Shown: positions 33,494-45,389 of the stretch, one piece after another
Layout: each line of letters starts with the position of its first letter
Numbering within the stretch: position 1 is the stretch's first letter
Assembly (NCBI GenBank): GCA_963845755.1
Contig: CAWJTV010000031.1
Span: 96,001-160,000, forward strand
DNA: 64,000 nt
Direction: 5' to 3'
From: an uncultured Planctomycetota bacterium
Lineage (GTDB): Bacteria > Planctomycetota > Planctomycetia > Isosphaerales > Isosphaeraceae
The notes under the pieces: generated by a model
Told to the model about the DNA's origin: nothing
The model's database searches: none
What the model saw: only the letters and a program-made list of their open reading frames with translations
Made by a program: the position numbers and the translations under genes

Positions 33494-35248
33494 TCAGAAC
33501 TCCATCCTCTGGAACGCCTTGATGCCAATCCGGAGCGGCAGGAACGTCCCGACGGCGCCGATTGCGAGACTCGCCAGAATTGCCACGATCAGCCAGAACC
33601 GGAAGCCGAGGTGCGAGAGGGCCAGCCGGGTTGAGTCCGGATGCTCCTGGCCCAGGAAGTAGAGGTGGCAGGGAACCGCCAGAGCCGTCACGATCGCGAA
33701 GATGAAGACCAGGCTGACGAGGAGGTTGAGCGTGCCACCGAACCCGACGGCGATCTTCGACGGATCGCTCTCGCGGAGGTTCGGGAGCCGGGCGCCCAGG
33801 CCGACACTGATCCCCGAGAGCCCCGTGCAAAGCACCGCCACCATCGCGATGTGCAATGCGATGATTATCGGGCTCATCCCTAGCATCAGGTCGCTCAGGA
33901 AGACGAGGATTTCCGTCGGTAACAGGGAGATCCCTGCCGAAAAGGCGAACTTGCCCCAGAGGATCTCGTCACGGCTCACGGGGAACAACCCGAGGACCCA
34001 GAAGTTGCGTCCCTCCAGCGAGAGCAGGGGGAAGATGAACCGGCTGGTGAACGTCGAGAGGATCAGCGCCGTCACGGAGAGGTTGAGGAAGCTCACCAGG
34101 TTTCGCCAGGACGGAGACTGTACGGCATATCCCAGACGCGGGATGTTGAGGAAGTAGAAAGCGAGGAGACCGAAGAAGATGAGGAACTGGGACCACTGCG
34201 CCGGATCGCGGCGGAAAGTCCGCAAGTCCTTGAGAATGAGCAGGCGGACCGGTCGCGGCAGCACGAAAAAGAGGCGGTGAAAGACCGTGTCGAACACATA
34301 AAGGCCGACCCGTCGGCGGGTGGTCCGTCCCCCTTGAACTCGGCTGTAGCCCCGGAAATAGAGGTCCCGCGCCACGGCCGCAGCGGCCAGGTAGCAGAGG
34401 CCGCCGTGCGCGGAGAGGACCATCAAGTAATAGCCGGCGCGCGCCCAGTCGTCCTGGGCCGACGCCAGCAACCCCGCCGACATCCACCGGCTGGGCCATA
34501 GGGGGCTCTGGCAGAACGCCAGGCGGTCCTGCACACTACTCAGCCAATCGCTAGACATCGCCTCGCCTGGCGCCCTCCACAGGCTGAGGACCAGGGCACA
34601 CATCAGCCCCAAAGTCGCGAGCACCGAGAGCGTCAGGACCAGCTTCTGCTGCCTCGGGAACACGTTGGCGACGGTGATCGCCGCGATGGCACCGAGACTG
34701 CCGGCGATCAGCACGAACGAGATCAGATACGTCAGGAACATCCCGTAGAAGGCCAGGGGCGCCCTGACCGTCAAGCCGTAGGCAACCATCAGCGGGCTGC
34801 CCAGCAGGAAGAAGCCCCAGCTCGAAAGCCCCACGGCCTCGCCGAACTTATAAGCGAAGATCCGGTCCGTCGTCGCCGGTGTGGTGAGCAAGAATGCGCC
34901 CTCGCGCGAGTGGAAGAGCGCCGTGTAGAGGATGATCCCGGTCGAGAAGAAGAGCATCACGAGAATCGACAGGAAGAACATGCTGAAGAGGTACTCGAAG
35001 ATCCCGTGGAACAACGGGTCGTTGGTCCCCATGAACTCGAAGCCGCCGAGGAACAACCCGAAGAGGCCGACCCAGAAGATCAGGCTGCATGTCAGGATCA
35101 TCGAAAGTCGGAGCCGGGAGCCGGAGAGCAGCGTGCGGACCGTGTTCCGGGTCAGGCACCATCGGAGTCGTCGCAGCGCCCGCGCCGTCTGATCGGGCGG
35201 CATCGGAGGGAGGGGCACAGGCGACATCTCGGGGATGGCAAGGCTCAT
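33494..35248 (-). CDS. Putative ABC exporter permease
   Basis: About 12 hydrophobic segments with KDLRTFRRD and SLEGRNFW; coupled to the ABC ATPase gene. Confidence 0.85.
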   Translation of the reverse strand: MSLAIPEMSPVPLPPMPPDQTARALRRLRWCLTRNTVRTLLSGSRLRLSMILTCSLIFWVGLFGLFLGGFEFMGTNDPLFHGIFEYLFSMFFLSILVMLFFSTGIILYTALFHSREGAFLLTTPATTDRIFAYKFGEAVGLSSWGFFLLGSPLMVAYGLTVRAPLAFYGMFLTYLISFVLIAGSLGAIAAITVANVFPRQQKLVLTLSVLATLGLMCALVLSLWRAPGEAMSSDWLSSVQDRLAFCQSPLWPSRWMSAGLLASAQDDWARAGYYLMVLSAHGGLCYLAAAAVARDLYFRGYSRVQGGRTTRRRVGLYVFDTVFHRLFFVLPRPVRLLILKDLRTFRRDPAQWSQFLIFFGLLAFYFLNIPRLGYAVQSPSWRNLVSFLNLSVTALILSTFTSRFIFPLLSLEGRNFWVLGLFPVSRDEILWGKFAFSAGISLLPTEILVFLSDLMLGMSPIIIALHIAMVAVLCTGLSGISVGLGARLPNLRESDPSKIAVGFGGTLNLLVSLVFIFAIVTALAVPCHLYFLGQEHPDSTRLALSHLGFRFWLIVAILASLAIGAVGTFLPLRIGIKAFQRMEF

Positions 35249-36036
35249 GGATTGGATCCGGCTGGCTGAGATTGGGATTCCGTCTGGGAACGGGGTGTTG
35301 CCTGAAGATCGGAAGCCGGCCGTCCATCTCCTGTTAACTTCAGGAAAAGTTCCTCGAGCGGCCCGTGATGCTGCACCTGGCGGCGAAGCTGCTCCAGCGT
35401 GCCGAGGGCCAGCATCTTCCCGTGGTCGACGATCCCGATCCGGTCGGCCAGCTCCTCGGCGATCGCCAGGAGGTGCGTCGACATCAGCACGGCGCAGCCG
35501 GAACGGGCCTGGGCCACGAACAGGTCCTTGACGATCCGGGCACTGCGCGGATCCAGTCCCACCAGGGGCTCATCGACCACCAGGACCCTGGGATCGTGCA
35601 CCAGCGCCGAGGCGAAGACGACCCGCTGCTTCATCCCCTGAGAGTAGTTCTCGCACAGTTCGTCGATGTAATCGCTCATCTCGAACGTGTCGATCAGCTC
35701 GAGGATCCTTCGGGCCGCGTGATCACGCTCCAGGCCGTACATCTCCACGACAAACCTGAGGAACTCGCGGCCCGTCAACTTGTCGTAGAGGTAGGGCTGA
35801 TCGGGGACATATCCCAGGAGCTGGCGTGCCTGCGGGCTCGATGCCTCGAAGCCGCTGACCCGCACCGTCCCAGCGTTCGGGGCGAGCAGCCCGCAGATCA
35901 TCTTGATTGTGGTGGTCTTCCCGGCACCGTTTGGCCCGAGGAATGCAAACAGCTCGCCGGGCCGGACTTCGAGGTCGAGACCGTCCACCGCACAACGGGC
36001 GCCGAACCGCTTCGTGACTCCGCGCACCTCGATCAT
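35245..36036 (-). CDS. ABC transporter ATP-binding protein
   Basis: GPNGAGKTT, YSQGMKQR, VVDEPLVGLDP and STH. Confidence 0.95.
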   Translation of the reverse strand: MIEVRGVTKRFGARCAVDGLDLEVRPGELFAFLGPNGAGKTTTIKMICGLLAPNAGTVRVSGFEASSPQARQLLGYVPDQPYLYDKLTGREFLRFVVEMYGLERDHAARRILELIDTFEMSDYIDELCENYSQGMKQRVVFASALVHDPRVLVVDEPLVGLDPRSARIVKDLFVAQARSGCAVLMSTHLLAIAEELADRIGIVDHGKMLALGTLEQLRRQVQHHGPLEELFLKLTGDGRPASDLQATPRSQTESQSQPAGSNP

Positions 36037-36926
36037 GACGACGGTCCTCTCGACGGCAAGGAGACAGATGGCGCAGGCGCGGGCGTCGCGACGGGTGCCC
36101 GGACGTCGGCCGGCCGACGCTCCAGCATCAGACGAACGAACGGGAACGGCACCTCCTGCCGCAAGATCACGCCGTCGGTTCGGACCCAGGTCTTCATCGT
36201 CAGGGGGGACATCTTCTGCTCGACCTCGAATGTCAACACGGGATTCCCGTCCCAATCGATCATCGTCCGGCGCACGACCTGGGCCCGGACCGAGTCGACC
36301 TTGCCGTTGAACGGGTTGATCATCCGCGCCTCCCAGCGCTGGCCGACCTGCAGGCCGGGAAGCCGGTCGAGCGGGCCCAGGACATCCTGCACCACGCTCC
36401 GGGGCTCGTAGGGGAAGTCGACTTTCTTGTTCAGGATCTCGATGGGTCCCCGCGTGACAATTTCCATGGTCTTTCCCTTGAGCTGCCCTTTCACATTGAT
36501 CAGAGCGTCGCCGAACTCGCCCGACTTCACGTGGAGGTCGAAGTCATGGAGGTTCCCCGAAGAATCCACATGATACCGGCTGTCGATCTCGAGTCGCATC
36601 CTACCCCGAGTCGCGAACGGTGTGCCGCGCAGCAGGTCGGCCGCGTCGAAGGTCACGCGGCTGGTCATTTCATACCAGCCGTCGGCTCGTCGCGACGATC
36701 CCGTGATCGCCTCACCCACCGCACGCCGCGCCTCCGGCGAATGGGGATCGTCCACGACCTGGATACTCCACCGTACCGGCACTCGCGAATCGCTGGCGAA
36801 GGTGATTGCCCGTAAGTCGGGCGGATAACCCATGCTCAGCTCGGGAAGGACATCCCAGGTGAGGAGACAGAATGCCGCGATCGACCAGTAGACCAGGATC
36901 GCCAACGAGATCACACGTGAGGGCAT
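36033..36926 (-). CDS. Hypothetical exported protein, first gene of the ABC operon
   Basis: N-terminal hydrophobic anchor, beta-rich body, 4-bp overlap with the ATPase gene. Confidence 0.7.
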   Translation of the reverse strand: MPSRVISLAILVYWSIAAFCLLTWDVLPELSMGYPPDLRAITFASDSRVPVRWSIQVVDDPHSPEARRAVGEAITGSSRRADGWYEMTSRVTFDAADLLRGTPFATRGRMRLEIDSRYHVDSSGNLHDFDLHVKSGEFGDALINVKGQLKGKTMEIVTRGPIEILNKKVDFPYEPRSVVQDVLGPLDRLPGLQVGQRWEARMINPFNGKVDSVRAQVVRRTMIDWDGNPVLTFEVEQKMSPLTMKTWVRTDGVILRQEVPFPFVRLMLERRPADVRAPVATPAPAPSVSLPSRGPSS

Positions 36927-37295
36927 GGACCGTTACCTCCCGTCAGTAGAGTCGTTGATTCTCTTTATGCTAAAGAACTCGTCGAGCGAACGAAAGCCTG
37001 TGCGCCAAGGATCTCCGTAAGTGGAATTCCGCGCCGCGCTGTTCCACCCGACGCAGTCGACCCGACGCCCGTGGATGGGATCCGCACTCCGCCGACCGAT
37101 GCCATGCGTCCAAGCATACAAAACGATCTCTGGACCTTCGGTCCGGGTTGACCGATTCCCGCTTCCGTCGTATGGTTGAATGTGGTTCGACCACGTCTCC
37201 GTCTCGGGCACACCCAAGGAACCTTCCTCCTCTCGACCAAGAGCGATGGTCGTTTCTAGCCACCCGTCCCCGTCCTCAGAAGATTGGGATGTCTC

Positions 37296-38090
37296 ATGCG
37301 CAAGACGAGCCGGCGGTTCCTCTGGTCCGGGATCATCCTGGGGACCCTGACGGCCCTGCCCGCAGGGGTGTGGCTCTGCTTGACCTATCAGCCGTCGTAT
37401 TATCGCGACATCGTCCTCCAGACTCGCAAACAACGAGAGGGCAAGGCCCGAAAATTCGTCGCGCAGAGTCTCCAGCTCCGCAACGATATCTGCAATGAGC
37501 CGACCTGGGAGGCGGTGTTCACCGATCAGGAGGTGAACGCCTGGCTGGCGGAGGATCTGGTTACGCATTTCGCCGACCAACTCCCGCCCGAAGTCAACGA
37601 ACCGCGCGTGATTTTCGAGTTGGACCACGTCATCCTCGCCTTCCGGTTGCGCCAGCGGGGTGTGCAGTCGGTGATTACGGTCGTCGCGCGGACGCGCGTC
37701 CCCGAAGGAAACACGGTCGAGCTGACGCTGGAGAAGATTCGAGCCGGCATCCTGCCCGTTCCTGCCGACAATGTCCTCGATCGCATTATCGAATATGCAC
37801 GCGCCCGGGGGATTGACGTCGAATGGACGCGTCGTGAGGGCTATCCCGTTGTCCTGATCCGCTATACGCCGAACCTGACTCGGGACGATGTTCAGCTCGA
37901 AGAGCTCCAGATCCGTGCTGGCCAGATGCGGCTGGCGGGCCGTTCGGATCGAACTCGCGGAGCCTTCTTCAGGCCGACACTTCCCTCCCGAAAGGTGCTT
38001 CAATCCAAGTTCCCGAGACGAAAAATCCATGAAGGCGCCCCGTCGGATGCTCTCCCGACCTGGCGCAGCTCCACCTCGCCAACCAGTTGA
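37296..38090 (+). CDS. Hypothetical membrane-anchored protein
   Basis: N-terminal TM; WEAVFTDQEVNAWLA..LP...EPRV and RAGILPVP motifs. Confidence 0.7.
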   Translation: MRKTSRRFLWSGIILGTLTALPAGVWLCLTYQPSYYRDIVLQTRKQREGKARKFVAQSLQLRNDICNEPTWEAVFTDQEVNAWLAEDLVTHFADQLPPEVNEPRVIFELDHVILAFRLRQRGVQSVITVVARTRVPEGNTVELTLEKIRAGILPVPADNVLDRIIEYARARGIDVEWTRREGYPVVLIRYTPNLTRDDVQLEELQIRAGQMRLAGRSDRTRGAFFRPTLPSRKVLQSKFPRRKIHEGAPSDALPTWRSSTSPTS

Positions 38091-38365
38091 ATGCCCTCCA
38101 TGCGAACGCGCACCAGGCTGTCCGACCAGACCAGGGGTTCGTAGCTCCCCGCGTCGATCTTCCGGACCGTCCCCCGGTTGCCGGAGATCTCGCCTTCGTA
38201 ATCGAGATAGATCGATCGATGGTCCGGCAATTCACGAGCGGCCAGATCCTGGCCGGCCGTTACAGATGCGTCGATCGCCCAGGTTCGCAGGGTACCGCCG
38301 TACTCCAGCATGAAGTCCCAATGGAGCCCGTTCCATTGATGTTCTAGCAGCACGAAACGCGGCAT
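38000..38365 (-). CDS. Stand-alone LigD N-terminal (3'-phosphoesterase-like) domain protein
   Basis: RFVLLEH...HWDFMLE..GTLRTWA...LPDHRSIYLDYEGEISGNRGTVRKIDAG. Confidence 0.85.
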   Translation of the reverse strand: MPRFVLLEHQWNGLHWDFMLEYGGTLRTWAIDASVTAGQDLAARELPDHRSIYLDYEGEISGNRGTVRKIDAGSYEPLVWSDSLVRVRMEGIQLVGEVELRQVGRASDGAPSWIFRLGNLD

Positions 38366-38576
38366 AACTCGCCGACCTCCGCGGAACGACCAGCGCCCGA
38401 TCGTGTTCGAGATGAGGATGGGCGAATTCGCTCACGAAGTCCCAGAGCACGGGGAAAGGCTCCGACTCTTCCAGATGCCTGTCCTCCTGTTCCGAGGGCT
38501 TTCGTTCAAGCGTACGATCATCGCCCCGCCGGTCAAGGGCCAGTATCTGGTGCGATCGCGTTGCTTCGGTGCGGCG

Positions 38577-39897
38577 TTACTTGACAGCGGGAGTGGAGGG
38601 CTCGCGGCGGCTCGGTCCGTCGTGCGGCTTGACGCCCACCAGCGGCTCCTTGAGTGGCTCGGTGATCAGCCGCGCACCACGGTCGAAGGTGATGTATGAC
38701 CAGGCCCACTGCACCATCACGATCAGCCGGTTTCGAAAGCCAATCAGGAACATGATATGCACGAATAGCCAGAGCAGCCAGGCGAAGAATCCCGACGTCT
38801 TGAACCGCCCGACATGCGCCACCGCGGCGCCTCGTCCGATGGTGGCGAGCATCCCTTTGTCCACATAATGAAACGGCTGACGGGGCTGGCCGTCGAGAGT
38901 TCGGAGGATATTTCGGGCGGCGTGCCGGCCTTGCTGCATGGCGGCCGGTGCGACGCCTGGTACGAGCGCCTCCGTTCTCCTGGATATGAGCCAGGTCGCC
39001 GATGATGTAGATGTCGTCATGGCCGGGTATCGTGAGGTCTGGCTCGACCAGCACCCGCCCCGCGCGGTCGAGCGGGACGCCAAGTGTCTTCGCCAGCGGC
39101 GAGGCGGCGACACCCGCCGCCCAAATGACGGTGTGAGCATGAACGCGTTCCGACCCGATGGTGACCCCCTGCTCATCGATTCCGGTCACCTGAACCCCTG
39201 TCCAGACGGCGACACCTAGCCGCTCGAGCTGCGTCCGCGCGGCCTGCGATAGATCTTCGGTGTAGGCGCCCAGGACCCGCGGAGCGGCCTCGACCAGGAT
39301 CACGCGGGCCGAGGCCGTGTTGATCCGGCGGAAGTCACGCGCCAGCGTCTGCCGTGACACTTCGGCCAGCGTGCCGGCCAGCTCGACGCCCGTCGGACCG
39401 CCTCCGACAATCACGAAGGTCATCCAGGCACGCCGCAGGGCTTCATCCGTCTCGCGCTCGGCGATCTCGAATGCCATCAAGACCCGCTGACGGATCTTCA
39501 GTGCGTCGCGCAGGCTCTTCAACCCGGTGGAATGCTCGGCCCACTCATCGTGGCCGAAATACGCATGCGTCGCGCCGGTGGCGACAACAAGGATGTCGTA
39601 CTCGACGGATCCATCAGTCAGGATCACGCGCTTCGTGGAAACATCGACGCCCGTCGCCTCGGCCAGCATCACGGATACGTTCGCTTGACCCCGGAATATC
39701 CGGCGGATTGGCGCGGCGATGTCGGCCGGGCTCAGAGCGGCGGTCGCCACCTGGTAGAGTAGGGGCTGGAACAGGTGATGGTTCGACCGGTCGACGATCG
39801 TGATCCGCACCGAGGCACGCCGGAGCTCGCGGGCGGCTGTAAGTCCGCCGAAACCCGCGCCGACGATGACAACATGGGGGCCTTGCGAGGCTGGCAT
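38577..39897 (-). CDS. ndh: Type II NADH dehydrogenase (frameshift near 38975)
   Basis: VGAGFGG, FQPLLYQVATA, VGGGPTGVELAG, WAAGV, PGVAPAAMQQG, DKGMLATIGR and LIGFRNR. Confidence 0.9.
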
Positions 39898-40105
39898 CCG
39901 TTTTCTCCAGAATCTCCACGCGACACAACCGGCAAACCATATTACACGGACAATTCCGATCCGCGTGCAGCTCCGGTCTTCAAAGCCTGACGATGTTCTC
40001 GGAAAAAACATAGACTCGAGGGAATGCTCGAGGCCCGGCCGGGCACTACGGGAGAACTCCGTCGTGCGGCGTGGCATCGGAAATCGTCTCGGACTTGATC
40101 CAACC

Positions 40106-43100
40106 ATGCGACTTTACCGCCACATCGAGACACTGTTCCGGACGGGTACGGCCAGCGGTTTGTCCGACGGCCAGTTACTTGAGCGATTCGCCCAGCAGCG
40201 GGACGAGGCGGCTGAGGCAGCCTTCACGGCGCTGGTGGATCGCCACGGAGCGATGGTCCTGCGCGTCTGCCGGCAGGTACTCGACGACGAGCACGACGCC
40301 CAGGATGCATCGCAGGCGACGTTCCTGGTCCTGGCCCGTAAGGCTCGTTCGATCAGCCGCCGCGAGTCGGTCGGGTGCTGGCTGCACGGCGTCGCGCTGC
40401 GGGTCGCGGCCAAGGCGCGGGTCGCGGCCGCCCGACGCCGGACACACGAGCGTCGAGGAGCAACCATGGCGAGCGGACGGCGGGTCGAAGAGCCTTCGAC
40501 CACACACGAAGACCGAGAGCACTGGTCCGTCCTCCACGAGGAGCTCGGCCGGCTACCCGAGACCTTCCGCGCCGATGGTCCTGTGTTACCTGGAGGGCCT
40601 GACACAGGAACAGGCTGCCGCCCAGCTTTGCACGCCGCTGGGGACGATCCAGAGCCGGCTGGCGCGCGGCCGGGCCAAATTGAAGGCGCGGCTGGAACAA
40701 CGGGGGATGGAGCCTTCGGCCACGATCGCCGGAGCGTCCTTCGCCGTCCGCGCCACCGGCGCCCGCCCCGACAGCCTGGGCCGAGGCAACCGTCCGCCTG
40801 TCCATGCGATTCACTCACGGCAGCGCGGCAAAGTGTGCTGCTGATTCCGTGTCGGCCGTCCTGGCCGAGGAGGTATTGAGAGCCATGCTGATCGGCAAGC
40901 TCAAGGTCCTATTCGGGATGTTCCTGTTCGCCACGTTCCTGGCCGCGGGGGCGATGACATGGGCCAGGCCGGACGGGAAAAACACATCGCCCACACCGAC
41001 GGTTAGCGTTGCACCCCAGATCGCGAGACCACGAGAAGCTCCTCCACAGTCGCCCGATTCGGAGCGAACTGTCACGCGCAGCCGTGCCGCGGAATCGTCC
41101 GCGATGAGCAAGGCCGCCCGGTGGCCAAGGCGTGGATCGGTCGTGGAATCGACCCCATGCCCGACGTTTGGAAGCGCGTCGCCCTCGATGAGAGCCTCCG
41201 CGAAGCGACGGAACCCAATCGGGATTCGAGAGGCCAGGTGATCCCTCCAGGACCACTGGGCAAGTATTACGAATATCGCGACGACTCGTTGAAATGGCAG
41301 CCGGTTCATCCCGATGATATCCGGCCCCTCGATCCCGTCGATAAGCCTGGTGCCTTCACAGTCCGGGTGGCGAAGGGGCGACAGAAGATGTGGACACTGA
41401 GCTTCGGGTCGGGACCGGCCGCTCGGACGGATTCGCAGGGTCGGTTCACGGTCGAAGTCCATTTCGTCCTTTCATCCTCTCTTTCATTTAGGCGAAAAGC
41501 AGATTCATTTCGCCTCGCCGGATCTCTCACGAGCAGGCCCTGCGGGTCGTCCATGCGGATAGGGCGGATCGAACCACTCGATGATCACCTTGCTGCCAAC
41601 AAGGCTGATCCGCGCCGGCGTGATCGAGACCCCCGAAGGATCACCCCGATGTACCTCTGTAATGGCGAGGTCTTCTCGGTTGATTCCCATGATGGAAATG
41701 CCTATTACATCCCTGCGATAGGCGAGGTGGGAACCTGGTGGGCGAGCGGTCATTTCGATCCTTCTGAAGACCCCGCTCCGACGGTCCACCCACGCCGACT
41801 CGAGGTCCGGCTACCGGCGGGCCGTTACAAGGTCGATTTCAATGCACCCACGACCGACCGGCTGATGGATCTGATAGTGCCTGCGGGCGAGGGCGCGATC
41901 GACTTGCCGGATATTCACCTGGAGAGCCTTGCCTGGGTGAAGATGCTTGGCAAGCCGGCCGCCGAGATCGAGGCGACAGATCTCGAGGGTAAGCCGGTCA
42001 AGTTGGCCGATTATCGCGACAAAGTTGTCTTCCTCATCTTCTGAGCACCATAGGCGAAACGCACGTGGGAAGTGACCAGAACCTTGGAGCCATTGGTCCA
42101 GTTCCACAAGCGATTCCGGGATCAGCCACTGACGATCCTGCTCCTCCACGATGCCTCGACACCCTCGATCAACGCCTGGCAACAGTCTGAGAAGCCGATC
42201 TTCGACTGGCATCACAAGAAGCCCGATGCCCCCGTCCGGCTGCTGCTCGACCGACCACCGATCGGCATCAGGACTGGACGATATGGACTGCGAGCCGGTG
42301 AACCCGGATCCGGGCAGACTGCGGATTGTTATGAGCTCCCCATCCGAACGAGCCTTATCATTGACAAGGAGGGCAACCTGGCCCACGTCCTAGTGCCTCA
42401 AGTGGACTTGGGTCAGATAGCGATCTTCTCGGTCGCCAAGAACGGTGAGCTGGTGCAACAGAATGGGAATGCGGAGATGGATCTGGAGCCCGAGGAATCC
42501 GAATCGGTTGCGAACAAGGCCATGCTGGACGATGCTCCGGACGGTCCTGGAAAAACTGCTCGGCTTGCCACGAACATCTCCACCAGGATCCAAGCGACTA
42601 TCGTCGCCGATCGAGCTGCCCGAGCTCCGGTCGCCTTCGATCAACCCATCACACCGTCCCTCTCTGCCGGTCTGGTCATCAAGGGTCAGGTGGTCGGGCT
42701 CGACGGCAATCCGATAGGCTGGCGCGAGGTGTCGTGGTTCGAGAACCCCGAGAAGTCCGTGAAGACCGACCCAATGGGGGCTTTTTCTTTCACGGTGGAC
42801 GAATGCGCGATACGGTCTTGACCTCAAGGTCGAAGCGCCGGGATCAGCCACACGGTGTTCTCCGTTGGTTTCGTTGAGCCGGGTGAACCGAATCTCGCCG
42901 GAGAATGGCCCATCGAGCCTTCGGGCCGTATCGCCAAACCACTTCTCATGGGCCCGGGAGCGACCGTCACGGGCCGGGTCGTCCGCGACGGAAAGCCCGT
43001 GCCCAGCGTCGCGATGGTAGCAACATGGTTGACGCCCTTCTTCCAGATCGCGAAGTGAAGACCGACGCTCAAGGGCATTTCCGAATCACCCAGGTCGCGG

Positions 43101-43686
43101 TTGGCCCGAACCTCGAAATGCGAAGTTTACGCCAAGTTGGGTAGCCTGGAGAATCATCAGACAGTATTCCCGCGCACATTCAACACCGAACCAACACGCC
43201 GCGATCATTGACCTGGGCGACTTGAGGTACGGCCCGGATGTACGCTGGCCGGTCGCGTGATCGTGTCCGATGGTAAGGCTGCTGCCTCGAGATGCCAAGT
43301 TGCACATCCGGCCGGAGAATATGGGATCGCTGTTGACGAGTTTGACGAAGTCGGCCGGTTCGAAGTGAACGGACTCCCCGAGGGTGTGATCTCCGTATCC
43401 ATGTTCATGACGAACCGAATGGAAAACCCGCTACACGCCCCTCCGGCTACCGATCTCTCGCCCAGGAACCGGTGCCTCAATCCTGCTTTGCCGGGACGAC
43501 TTGAGGGCCAGGCTCAACCGTGACATCAACGGACCTGACAATCCTGCTCGAACCCGGTGTGATGTCCGGACCAATGTCCCGTGCCTGTTCTCCACGCTCG
43601 ACCCGACATCCGTCGCCGATTTCAACGACGCCAAGGCCGGCCCGATAACCGGCGTTCCTCCCGAGGATTTCCCAGGGCGTCGCTAA
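40106..43686 (+). pseudogene. ECF sigma factor with long C-terminal extension (TM, beta-sandwich repeats, redoxin-like domain); several frameshifts and two nonsense codons
   Basis: GLSDGQLLERF...AFTALVDRHGAMV, VLCYLEGLTQEQAA...GTIQSRLARGR; TM near 40900; GKPAAEIEATDLEGKPVKLADYRDKVVFLIF; GATVTGRVVRDGKPV. Confidence 0.75.
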
Positions 43687-43761
43687 CCCATTCGCGGACG
43701 CCGAGGCGGCTGGTTTGAGGATATCTCGGATCGAGAGCAACTCGCTCCGAGGAGCCCCTAC

Positions 43762-45137
43762 TCACGGATTATGCCACTCGTGGCACTCGGGGAGCAGACG
43801 ATCGGCCTCCGCCGGGCCCCAGGTGCCCGGTTCATAGAAATAGAGCGGCGTGACATCCCCCAGCACCGGCTCGACGATCCGCCACTGGGCCTCGATGGTG
43901 TCCTCGCGCGAGAACAGGCTGGGGTCGCCCTTCATCGCCTCATGCAAGAGCCGGGCGTAAGGAGGAACCTCGTCCGCCGGCTGGCGGTGGGCCATCAGTT
44001 CGACCGGCTGCAAACCCTCCTCATCTCCCTCCTTCCGCACCACCGCCCCGATCGCGATGATCTCCTCGGGATTGAATCGAATCCGGACGTGGTTCTGTGA
44101 GCAATCCAGTGAATGCTCGGCGAACGATCGCTGGGGCGGCCGCTGGAACCGGACGAGGACCTCCGTAGCGGTCTTGGCCAGGCTCTTGCCGGCGCGGATC
44201 AGGATCGGCACGCGGCCCCACCGCCACGAGTCGATCCAGAGACGAACCGCCGCGAACGTCTCGACCTGCGAGTCGGCAGCAACCCCTTTCTCTTGTCGGT
44301 AGCCGCGATACTGCCCGCGCACGATGTCATCAGGATTCAGCGGCTCAACCGCCCGTAGCAGCTTGGCCTTCTCGTCGCGGATGCCGTCGGGTGCGTTGCT
44401 GCCGGGTGGCTCCATGGCCAGCATCGAGACGACTTGAAGCAAGTGGTTCTGGATCACGTCGCGGATGGCGCCGGCCTCTTCGTAGAAAGCACCTCGGCCC
44501 TGGATGTCGAACGCCTCGGCCATGGTGATCTGGATCTCCGCGATGCAATCGCGGTTCCAGACCGGCTCGAGGAACCGGTTAGCGAACCGGAAGTTGAGGA
44601 TGTTCAGCACCGGTTCCTTGCCGACGAAGTGGTCGATCCGAAAGATCTGCGACTCGTCGAACGTCTGACCCAGGACCTGGTTCAGCTCCTGCGCCGATTT
44701 CAGGTCGCGCCGAACGGTTTCTCGACTACGATTCGGGCGTTCTCGGCACTCCCGGAGTCGTGCAGATGCTCCGACACGACGGCGAAGACGCTCGGCGGGA
44801 TCGCCAGGTAGTGCAAAGGCCGCTGCGCCGAGCCCAGCGCCTTCCGAATCTGAACGAACGTCTCCGGATCGTTATAGTCGCCATCGACGTACTTGAGCAC
44901 CTTCACCAACTTGGCGAATGCGGCTTCGTCGACCCCGCCGTGTTTGGCCAGGCTATCACGCGCCTGCGCCCGGAGTTGATCGAGCGTCCAACCCGACTTG
45001 GCCACCCCGACGACCGGCACGTCGAGATGCCCGTGCTGGATCATGTTCTGGAGCGCGGGGAAGATTTTCTTGTGAGCCAGATCGCCGGTCGCCCCGAAGA
45101 ACACGAGGGCGTCGGAGGGATCGCTGGTCGTCAACAT
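43762..45137 (-). CDS. zwf: Glucose-6-phosphate 1-dehydrogenase (frameshift near 44710)
   Basis: FGATGDLAHKK, YLAIPP, EKPFG, RIDHFVGKE, RDVIQNHLLQ, RGQY and YEPGTWGP. Confidence 0.95.
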
Positions 45138-45389
45138 AGGGGTCGCTCCAGGGAATGATGCGATACGCGCCGAGAGAGAACGCAGAGGTACCAATCGAGA
45201 AGGCACGGATAGCCATTTCGGTTTCCTCCACCATACCGTTCTACGATTCCTGTGCCAAAGACATCTGGCCAGCGAAATCGATCGGGGCGTCCCTTGTCGC
45301 TGGCAGGGCGTGCCTTTATCATTCGTTCACGATGTGGAGCCGCGATTACGCGCCGGTGCGCCGACAATTCCTGTCTGTTCGAACGTGCG

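Noticed and set aside
42030..42075. Alternative genetic code (TGA/TAG read as Trp)
   Set aside because: TGA ends many intact genes here (smpB, amt, ppa) and TGG is used for Trp throughout.
44690..44730. Programmed ribosomal frameshifting in zwf and other split genes
   Set aside because: No shared slippery motif at the breaks, and they affect many unrelated families; sequence error is simpler.
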